In this document: positions 56,288 through 64,000 of the stretch, piece by piece
Position numbering within the stretch: the first letter of the stretch is position 1
How the letters are laid out: the number at the start of each line of letters is the position of its first letter
Assembly: GCA_946965045.2 (NCBI GenBank)
Contig: OX337228.1
Coordinates: 4,712,001 to 4,776,000, forward strand
From: Epithemia pelagica
Taxonomy: Eukaryota; Protista; Bacillariophyta
DNA: 64,000 nucleotides
Direction of reading: 5' to 3'
The notes under the pieces: model-generated
The model's input: the letters and a program-made list of their open reading frames with translations, nothing else
Told to the model about the DNA's origin: nothing
The model's database searches: none
Translations under genes and position numbers: made by a program

Positions 56288-57514
56288 ATGACGACGAAAG
56301 GTGGTTCCTTTCAATGGCCGTTCATGTGGTTTCTGTTGTTGCTTCCAAGGATCACGGATGCTTGGACGCCGGAACCAACAACGGTTCTAGGGACGAGATT
56401 CGGGACCCAGTTCCGTTCCGTGTCTCATCATGAGATGAATGGAAGATTCCTGGTGGTAGAATCATCCTCATCGTCATACCCTTGTCGTTGCCCTGGCCCA
56501 CTCTGGATGGCGGCGACTACCACCTGTGCATTTGATTGGACATTGGAAACCGAGGAATCCCACAGTTTGTTGAAGGAGAGCTCGTTGCATTCTTCTACAA
56601 CGTTTCGCAGTAGCAGCAGCAGCAAGAGTTCCCTGTTTTCACGCCAAACACAAAGGAATCCTCGATCCTTTGTTTCCGTGACTGGACCGAATGTCCAGTA
56701 CGCTTCGTCTTCGAATACGATTCAAATGGCACGACCCTCATGGCTTTGCCGTTCCAATGTTGTACAATCCTCCTCGTCGCGACCGCCATTTCGTGTCTAT
56801 TGCGATTTGGATGGTGTATTGGTGGATTTTTGTCGAGGCATTCAAGACCTGTATCCCGAAGCTCCTTCTCATTGTCATGCTAACAATTGTTTTTCGGTGG
56901 ATTCCTTACCCCGTGCTTCCATGTGGAAACGTGTCGCGGCGGCTCCCTCCTTTTTTGAAGATTTGGAATGGATGCCGCAGGGACGACGCTTGTGGCACGT
57001 TGTGCAACACTTGAATCCTTGCATCTTGACCGGTGTGCCTCGTGCCTTTGCCCGTCCCAGTGCACAGCAAAAAGTTGCCTGGTGTCAACGGGAATTGGCA
57101 TCTTCACCCACGAGTAGTCACAGTAGTAATACGAGGGGCGTGGTACACCTGGATCGGATCGCGACAACCACTGAGCCAAACCCCTTTGACAGTCGTAGTC
57201 TCCCGGATGGCATGGACGAATATGGGACTGTTCCAGCTTTTCGTGGTGATGGTGTTCCATTGAGTGTGGTAACCTGTTTGTCTCACGACAAGCATTATTG
57301 TTCCGGTACCGGTGCAGTCTTGATTGACGATCGGTTGGAATTAAAACCTGCTTGGGAAGCCAAGGGAGGTATTTTCATTCATCATCAAGATGGTCAACTC
57401 CATGAAACTTTGGCTCAATTGAAGGACTGGGGTATTTTGGATCACTATGGTGTGAGTGTCCACCAGGATTCTTCCTCCTCCTTGTCGTTGGGGGCCGTTG
57501 GTATGGCGCCTTAA
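56288..57514 (+). CDS. HAD-superfamily 5'(3')-nucleotidase-like protein, putatively plastid-targeted
   Basis: Signal peptide ending …ITDA|WTP, a Ser-rich transit-like region, and motifs YCDLDGVLVDF, ILTG, QKVAW and VLIDDR. Confidence 0.75.
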   Translation: MTTKGGSFQWPFMWFLLLLPRITDAWTPEPTTVLGTRFGTQFRSVSHHEMNGRFLVVESSSSSYPCRCPGPLWMAATTTCAFDWTLETEESHSLLKESSLHSSTTFRSSSSSKSSLFSRQTQRNPRSFVSVTGPNVQYASSSNTIQMARPSWLCRSNVVQSSSSRPPFRVYCDLDGVLVDFCRGIQDLYPEAPSHCHANNCFSVDSLPRASMWKRVAAAPSFFEDLEWMPQGRRLWHVVQHLNPCILTGVPRAFARPSAQQKVAWCQRELASSPTSSHSSNTRGVVHLDRIATTTEPNPFDSRSLPDGMDEYGTVPAFRGDGVPLSVVTCLSHDKHYCSGTGAVLIDDRLELKPAWEAKGGIFIHHQDGQLHETLAQLKDWGILDHYGVSVHQDSSSSLSLGAVGMAP

Positions 57515-57810
57515 GGAGTGAGGCTCAGTTTACCCAAGAGAGACTCCAAGAGAAATCGAGAAAGCGCGAGAGATAGAAACCAATAGAATCATAAATTACA
57601 TAGAATAGACAGAAATATCCACTTTCGATGTACTGCTTCTCCCATGCCTAACATGAGGTTCTCTACCTACTAGAGGAGTAGCGAATAGATGGAAGTAGTG
57701 TAAGCTTTCATTTTTCGCGTATGGGTCGCATTTCGCATTCGAAACACATGTTCTCCCTTTGCATCCGAGAGCCGAGAGACCATGAAGGACAATCCTAACC
57801 GGCAGCAACC

Positions 57811-60549
57811 ATGACAACAACAACAACTAAGGATCCTCCGGAAAGCATCAGCATCAAAGAAGGAGAATGGGGATTACCGGAAACGGCGACCTTGAATCCC
57901 TTGTCGTTCAAGGACAAGACAGTTTCGTCTTTGTCATCTGGAGAATCCGTCCGACTGGCTGTTCTGGAAACAACCTCTGGTGGTGCTGGTGGTCGTAGTC
58001 AAATTCCCATTTCTGCCGCCACATGTGTAACATCCAAAACCGAAAACCATCAACCAAAGAAAGGTGATGATGATGATGATGTAGGAGGACGACAACGACG
58101 TGCCTTGGTGGTAGGTCGTCAAGCTGCCACAGCCGACCTTCGAATTGCGCACAAGAGCATAAGTCGACAACATGCCCTCTTGTTTTACAACTCCTGTGCT
58201 GAATCGGAACAAGAAACGACGACCGACCGTGAGACTGCCATTCCTCACCGTCGAAACTGGTGTCTGTTCCTTCAGGATTTGGGAGGCAAACATGGCACGT
58301 GGGTCAATCAACACCGCATTCCCTCCAAAGTTCCTACAGCTGTACACGAAGGAGATGTTGTTCAATTTGGAAATGTGCGAGACGCTCCCTTTGTGGTTCG
58401 ATACACCACCACCACAACTACTACTTCTACTACTACGCATCCTATTTTTAACAACACTAGCAACAACATGGAAACAAACAACACTACTACAACCGCACCA
58501 ACGACATCCACGACGCAAGTGTTATTGGAAACAGCCGGTGAGGGTCTTTCAGGACGGGCCAAACGAGAAGCTGAGTTGGCTGCCATGATGGCATCTCTCG
58601 ATGATACTCCAACTTATGCCAAACCAGATCACCAGAGTCACCGCCCTGTGGTGGAGGGTGACAAGGCACAAAAGGCCGGAACGAAGGACGATCCACAGTA
58701 CGCTGCCATGTTACAAACAGCGCAACGTCATGGAATCCCCGTGGCATGGACGGTCCACATTCCTCCTTGTAGTACCAGCGCCGCTGCGTCCAACCAAACG
58801 AACCATCACATGGACCATCATTCCAACAACAACAACAATACCCTACGACTCAAGGCAACTGTTACGACCTGTATGGCATTGGATCCGTCTGGATCTCGCT
58901 TTGTCTTGGGGAGTCGTGACCATCATGTCCGTTCCTACGATTTTGCCGGTATGGATTTGCAAGAGGATCATTCCATCAGTGACAATGGTGGTGGTGGTCT
59001 TCGAAGCGATCCCTTTGCGTCTGTCATTGCCCAGGATGGGTACGGTGTCGTGGCTTGTGCGTACAGTCCGACAGGGGATCGATTGTTGGTGGGAACGGCG
59101 AGTGCGCAACCCGTAGTAGTCGATCGCGATGGTAGACAAATTGTCTTGGAATTGGCACGAGGCGATGCCTATGTTTCGGATCAACGAACGACAATTGGTC
59201 ATGTCGCGGCCGTGACGGCAGTGGATTGGCATCCCTTGGATCGTCAAATCATTGTGACAGCCTCGCTCGATGGGACAGCACGGTTGTGGAATGTCGAAAC
59301 AGGTCGATTGCAATTTGAAAAATTAACCTGTAGTGCCGTTTGCATGGCCAAACCTGCCACCCAAAAAGGAGGAGGAGGCACTCGGACGGCTGTTACCAGT
59401 GTCTGCTTTCATCCCAATGGACGATCCATTGCCCTTGGCACATTGTGTGGAAGTCTCCAAATTTGGAATGTTGTGTCGTCCAACCAAAAGACGAGTCGCT
59501 CCCGTCCAGAACGAGTCATTCAAACCAACCATTCCGGTGCCATTACCTCGATTCAATTTTCTTTGGATGGATCGTATTTGGCCAGTCGATGTTTTTCCGA
59601 ATCAACGACAACAACCACGTCGTCGTCGTCCAACTTTACCGTGGGTGACCCCTTTGTGTCCATTTGGGATACGTCGCCCCGTGTCATTTTGTCATCCCAA
59701 CCTCTCTTTGTGTGTGTGGGATTGCCCAGTTTGTTTGAACCCGCCAACTTTTGTTTCCGTCCCACCACCACCACTAGTACCACCATGTATGGATGTGGAA
59801 CAGCGACTGCATTGGTGCCGACCGTCCAGGCTTCTTCTTCTTCCAGTTCCACTAAGACCAACGCATCACACACGGCACGAGGGAGTATCAATGTGTATTC
59901 TTGGACACGTCGTCGATCCGGCCATCCTTCCACCACATCCGAACGACTGGAACCTCTCTTGGCCTTGGACCTGCCTTCTTCCGAACAAGAGTCGGCCCGA
60001 GGTTTACCCGTTTTGGTGCAATGGCACAAGACATGGAATCAAATTTTGGTAGCCCACGACACTGGAAGTATCACCGTATTTTGTGATCCTACGGGAACCC
60101 AAGCACAACCCAAAAAGGGCAACAAGGGAGTCTTTTTGGCCTTGAAACATTCTTTGTGGATGGATCGACCTACGGGTGGTTTGTTGTCGTCGCAAGAACG
60201 ACGACAACGAGCGGCCGAAAATGCGGCTCAGGAACAAGCCTTGTCGAGTTTGTTGCAATCCCGTGCTCCTCAAGGATTGGCCGCCTTGACGGGTGACATT
60301 GTGAATCCCTTGATGCGACCACGAGGAACCAAACGAGGACGAGCCGAACCAGAACCACCCGCACCGGAAAAGGTGCGTGAACCCGAACGTCCCGTATCGG
60401 TGAAACACAAAATGGGTGGGAGTGTGGCAGCCACGTGGCAACAATTTGTCGCCGATCAAGCATCGTCGTCGGCGACCACGAAATCCTCCCAACCACCAGT
60501 TAACGAGAATCCCAACAAGTCTGCTCCAAATCAAAGTGGCACCAAATGA
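57811..60549 (+). CDS. FHA-domain + WD40 protein (WDR70/GAD-1-like)
   Basis: FHA motifs VGR…ISRQHA…DLGGKHGTWVN. WDR70-type segments ALDPSGSRF…YDFAGMD, SPTGDRLLV and RGDAYVSD…GHVAAVT. Confidence 0.85.
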   Translation: MTTTTTKDPPESISIKEGEWGLPETATLNPLSFKDKTVSSLSSGESVRLAVLETTSGGAGGRSQIPISAATCVTSKTENHQPKKGDDDDDVGGRQRRALVVGRQAATADLRIAHKSISRQHALLFYNSCAESEQETTTDRETAIPHRRNWCLFLQDLGGKHGTWVNQHRIPSKVPTAVHEGDVVQFGNVRDAPFVVRYTTTTTTTSTTTHPIFNNTSNNMETNNTTTTAPTTSTTQVLLETAGEGLSGRAKREAELAAMMASLDDTPTYAKPDHQSHRPVVEGDKAQKAGTKDDPQYAAMLQTAQRHGIPVAWTVHIPPCSTSAAASNQTNHHMDHHSNNNNNTLRLKATVTTCMALDPSGSRFVLGSRDHHVRSYDFAGMDLQEDHSISDNGGGGLRSDPFASVIAQDGYGVVACAYSPTGDRLLVGTASAQPVVVDRDGRQIVLELARGDAYVSDQRTTIGHVAAVTAVDWHPLDRQIIVTASLDGTARLWNVETGRLQFEKLTCSAVCMAKPATQKGGGGTRTAVTSVCFHPNGRSIALGTLCGSLQIWNVVSSNQKTSRSRPERVIQTNHSGAITSIQFSLDGSYLASRCFSESTTTTTSSSSNFTVGDPFVSIWDTSPRVILSSQPLFVCVGLPSLFEPANFCFRPTTTTSTTMYGCGTATALVPTVQASSSSSSTKTNASHTARGSINVYSWTRRRSGHPSTTSERLEPLLALDLPSSEQESARGLPVLVQWHKTWNQILVAHDTGSITVFCDPTGTQAQPKKGNKGVFLALKHSLWMDRPTGGLLSSQERRQRAAENAAQEQALSSLLQSRAPQGLAALTGDIVNPLMRPRGTKRGRAEPEPPAPEKVREPERPVSVKHKMGGSVAATWQQFVADQASSSATTKSSQPPVNENPNKSAPNQSGTK

Positions 60550-61089
60550 GAGAGGTTGGTGTTTGGTTGTTTTTGTTGCCTGATAGCCACAACGGTACTT
60601 CCCAACCATGTCTTCCTGTATGGTGACTTGGACGCATGAAGTAAGGACAGAGACACAACCTGCTATTCCGAACCCCCTTGGTCGGAGAGCTTCCGCCGAC
60701 ACACCGCGATGGCCGATTGTCTGTGGGATGGCTTGAGCTGTTGTCGTTTCATCTTTGCGATGGATTCTCGTAGAGAGTACCAAAAGAACCATGTCTGTCT
60801 GTGTAAGTGTGTGTGTCTCTCTCTCTTGACCACACATTCTGCGACGTTTCATGCGAACAAGATGGTTTCGGCTGAAAGACGCTAGTACAGAAGCAGAATA
60901 GTCATGGCTTTCCATCGTCATCGTCCAAGGCTGCTCCCTCTAGTAGATGTAGTAGATTGTACATGACACGTAGCTAGGTAGGATTATGTGTGACCTATAA
61001 GCGACTAATAAGCGTGTATTGCCCCTTGGTTCCGAGAGGGCAATGACACACCTCTCATCCTTTTGCACCAGTGAGAGAGTTGAGAGACC

Positions 61090-63081
61090 ATGACGACCAA
61101 AGCTCACGCCATGTTGGACTCCCAGCAAGAAACGAACAAGAAGCGTCGTAATTTGCTGGTAGTACCGCGGACCGATGTGTTTGGAGCGAACGAAAACGAC
61201 GACGACGACAAGAATGCGACCACCACTCCAAAAAAGAGAATGAAGAAGCATGAGACAAGGATGGTGGGTGTTGGAACGAAACGAAATGTTGGAGCCGTAG
61301 CACCCGAAGAAGACAGCAATAATTTGGTCTTGTTGCAATTGCCATCGACCGACTGGACGGTCCAAGATTTGACTCGAGCCACGTTTGTCTTGTCGTCGGA
61401 AAGTACAAATAATAAACCACCGACCACCAACAGCACGACAACAACAACAACAACAACAACGCCATCCACATCCACCACAAACCTATGGTCATCTCCTCCT
61501 GCGGTATCCTTGGTAGTAGAAGGACCTATCACTTCACGTACGGCTGGTTCCTTTGCGGTGCACAAGGTGGAAACCTCCAATGCTTGGATTGTAGTACCTC
61601 CTTCTCTCTCCAACCAAACTACGACGACAACGACGGAACCGGACCAAGACGCTAGCACGGATCAACCACAAGAAAACCAGGACGCCTCTTCCTTTGTGTG
61701 GGTCTCGCGGCTGTGGCAACAAGGCAAGGGTGCGCAATTTTTGGAATTGCGAACCCAAACCAACACGGATTCTGGTATTAGTAGCGGTGGTTGTTGTTGG
61801 GCCAATTTGTATCATCACTTGGTGACGTCCAAGGACGACAAGGTGGGTTGGACTGTGACAGACTTGGCACGTCAATTGGCTTGTACACGAGCACAAGTAC
61901 AGGTAGCATTGACACTGTTGCAACAAGCCACGGGATGTCTCTTTGTCACTCAGGACGAGAAACAGACGGAGGACGACACTGGCTCGTCTTCTTCTTTTAC
62001 AACTTTGTATGGACTTTGGGATCCTACCCTACGTCGGACCATTGACACGGCCTTGTTGGCGGCCTTGACCGAAGAAGAGAGTGTCAGTTCCTTGCCCACC
62101 ATGACGGAATTGCTTCCCTGGATACGAGAACGATTGCCATCCTCTCTCGTTTCGCGGAATGATACCACAACTGCGAAGATAGAGTCGTCCATGGTCCAAG
62201 CCGTGGCACCCTTGTACCAACCAGTCCAATCGCCATGGTATGCCAGCACCAACCACCACAAGGACCATGACGGAGCAAACCAGGACGACGAAGAATCGCT
62301 GGAATTTGGAGTGGGTGTCTTGCCTGCACCGTGTCCGGGTGGCGGCGCAAGTGTCCATGTCGCTCGCTTGGTGTATCAATCCATTCTTGTCAAATACCGC
62401 AAGGCAACCACGAGCCACAACAACAACAACACTAAGCGAACGACGAGCACCTCCAAAATTTGGACGCAAGACGATCTCGTAACACAATGGCAATTGGAAT
62501 ATCCGGGAAACCACGATCCTCATCCCTTTTTCGTGGGAGCCACGACCAAGGACGACCAGACCCATCAGGAACCGACACGGCTGCTGGTCTTGTATTTGCA
62601 AGGATTAGCGGTCCGCGTTGGTGCTTCCCTACAATTGGACCAGCCGAACGACACTCACGAAACGACGGACGACGCTCCATCATCCTCCACAACGGGGCCT
62701 CACTGGATGTACTTTCCCATTCATATTCCGGTTGCGACGACAACACCGACAACCCAAGAAACGGATACTACCAACCACAACAACAACAGCAATAACAAGA
62801 CGAACCGAGATCCCGTGGACCAAACCATGCACGACTACTTTGCCACAACTCTCTGTGCGGTATCATCGACACCGACGGGGCCGAACGCCATGTATCATGC
62901 CATTCAACAGGACGATTTGCTTCTTCACCTCAAATTCTTGTCCAATTGGATGGGATCTCTTCAATATTCACCCACGACGTTGTTGCAACGATACTTTGTC
63001 CGATCTGAGAATGACCTGGAATCTCCAGAAAAAAACGAGGAGACTTGCTACTATGCCTTTCAATCGCCGTTTACAGTATAA
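61090..63081 (+). CDS. Sister chromatid cohesion protein Dcc1-like
   Basis: LVLLQLP…VSLVVEG…FAVHKVETSNAWIVVPP resembles the Dcc1 N-terminal LLEL…AVL…ETSN motif. Later W…WQ…P segments are compatible with winged-helix repeats. Confidence 0.55.
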   Translation: MTTKAHAMLDSQQETNKKRRNLLVVPRTDVFGANENDDDDKNATTTPKKRMKKHETRMVGVGTKRNVGAVAPEEDSNNLVLLQLPSTDWTVQDLTRATFVLSSESTNNKPPTTNSTTTTTTTTTPSTSTTNLWSSPPAVSLVVEGPITSRTAGSFAVHKVETSNAWIVVPPSLSNQTTTTTTEPDQDASTDQPQENQDASSFVWVSRLWQQGKGAQFLELRTQTNTDSGISSGGCCWANLYHHLVTSKDDKVGWTVTDLARQLACTRAQVQVALTLLQQATGCLFVTQDEKQTEDDTGSSSSFTTLYGLWDPTLRRTIDTALLAALTEEESVSSLPTMTELLPWIRERLPSSLVSRNDTTTAKIESSMVQAVAPLYQPVQSPWYASTNHHKDHDGANQDDEESLEFGVGVLPAPCPGGGASVHVARLVYQSILVKYRKATTSHNNNNTKRTTSTSKIWTQDDLVTQWQLEYPGNHDPHPFFVGATTKDDQTHQEPTRLLVLYLQGLAVRVGASLQLDQPNDTHETTDDAPSSSTTGPHWMYFPIHIPVATTTPTTQETDTTNHNNNSNNKTNRDPVDQTMHDYFATTLCAVSSTPTGPNAMYHAIQQDDLLLHLKFLSNWMGSLQYSPTTLLQRYFVRSENDLESPEKNEETCYYAFQSPFTV

Positions 63082-63149
63082 GGATGCGTGGGAACAACCA
63101 AGACAGTCAACTGTTTTTGAATGCTACATTATATTTCTACTAGTTTCAT

Positions 63150-64000
63150 CTATTTGTTGGGGGGCTTGGTGGCGGAATTTGTAGTGGATGGTGTCGTAGC
63201 ACTTTGTGTTGGTTGCAGTGTGTCGTTGGTTGGTTTGTCACTTGTTTCGACGGTGCTTTCGCAATTGGTATAACACTTTTCCATGGATGCCTTATCGACC
63301 TTGACTTGTATGTGATGAATCTCGGCAAATCCTTGGAGCGATGGCCGGTTGGACAAGTCCCACGAGGTTCGATTCACGACATGATAGCGCGTTTGTCTCC
63401 ACCCACCCGAGGCGGTGACCGTGGGACTTTTGCCTGTAAACAAAAAGGAATAATACCGGGCCCGATTAAACTTTTTGGCTTCGGCAATGACCGCCCCTCG
63501 TTGATGATTGTGGGACTTTTCTGAAATGGCCGTAAAGACTCCTTGGGTGTCCTGTTCCGATGGTCGAAAGGGCTCGCCATTCGGATCCTTGGTACAATCG
63601 ACCAATCCCATAAAGGCCAATCGCACATACAAATCATCGTCTTCTCCGCCCCATCCCTGCAACTGATTGTCCATGCCATTCACGGCGGCCCAGTGTTGCT
63701 GATGCATGGCCATGACAGCACCGACAAAGGTGGGATAATAAATGGTGAAATTGTAGTTTTCGGGCCGGGTGGCCAAATGAGTTGGTTTGGTACAGTTGTG
63801 GTAGGGAACTTGGGCAAAAAATCCGGGTACCAAATCGACATCGTGTTGGACAATGCATTCGGTATCGCTGGACACATGATCCAAACCCACATTCATTAAC
63901 AAGGCGCGATTAAAAAGTTCTGTATCGGCTTGTTCCACAATGTACAAGGCAAAGGAATGATTGGAAAATTCCCGGTCCGGTTCTTGTTGATCGGGAAAAA
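63150..64000 (-). CDS. Beta-1,4-galactosyltransferase family (GT7), 5'-partial
   Basis: EQAD…FNRALLMNVG, HDVDLVP, VNGMDN…GWGGEDDD. The frame continues beyond the window edge. Confidence 0.9.
   Translation of the reverse strand, partial: FPDQQEPDREFSNHSFALYIVEQADTELFNRALLMNVGLDHVSSDTECIVQHDVDLVPGFFAQVPYHNCTKPTHLATRPENYNFTIYYPTFVGAVMAMHQQHWAAVNGMDNQLQGWGGEDDDLYVRLAFMGLVDCTKDPNGEPFRPSEQDTQGVFTAISEKSHNHQRGAVIAEAKKFNRARYYSFLFTGKSPTVTASGGWRQTRYHVVNRTSWDLSNRPSLQGFAEIHHIQVKVDKASMEKCYTNCESTVETSDKPTNDTLQPTQSATTPSTTNSATKPPNK

Noticed and set aside
60004-60921. GDPD-like gene suggested by TIGHRG
   Set aside because: Downstream PENT/ExD motifs are absent, and most of the ORF is antisense to FHA-WDR70.
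270-63899. The many 60-250 aa ORFs overlapping or antisense to called genes, LTRs and split repeats
   Set aside because: Shadow ORFs of low-complexity coding sequence or repeats, with no domain evidence.

Overview
Eukaryotic genomic DNA, most likely a pennate diatom. This is inferred from short GT-AG introns, a CoDi-type copia element, a bipartite plastid-targeting presequence and diatom-like low-complexity proteins. The window has three parts. (1) 1-16.3 kb: a head-to-head pair of paralogous FG-GAP/mucin-stalk type I membrane proteins, a PPR-like protein, a small hypothetical ORF, degenerate repeats and CapZ alpha. (2) About 16.3-38.1 kb: a ~22 kb transposon island. It holds two Minos-like (CGAG-ended, TA-flanked) non-autonomous elements and a full-length Ty1/copia element (783-bp LTRs, CGTCC TSD, extra upstream ORF, apparent half-tRNA-Asn primer site, one premature stop). 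It also holds an 86-bp-TIR element and a complete tyrosine-recombinase retrotransposon with A1-ORFs-B1-A2-B2 split direct repeats (Ngaro/PAT-like), a CCCH-finger gag and a single in-frame UGA between gag and pol. (3) 38.7-64 kb: gene-dense region with RING+TPR, PRMT10-like, a secreted Lys-cluster protein, a sulfotransferase-like protein, a bromodomain protein, LYR+DUF179, a cyclin, a plastid-targeted HAD nucleotidase, FHA+WDR70, Dcc1-like and a GT7 galactosyltransferase. All assignments come from reading motifs by eye; no database searches were run.
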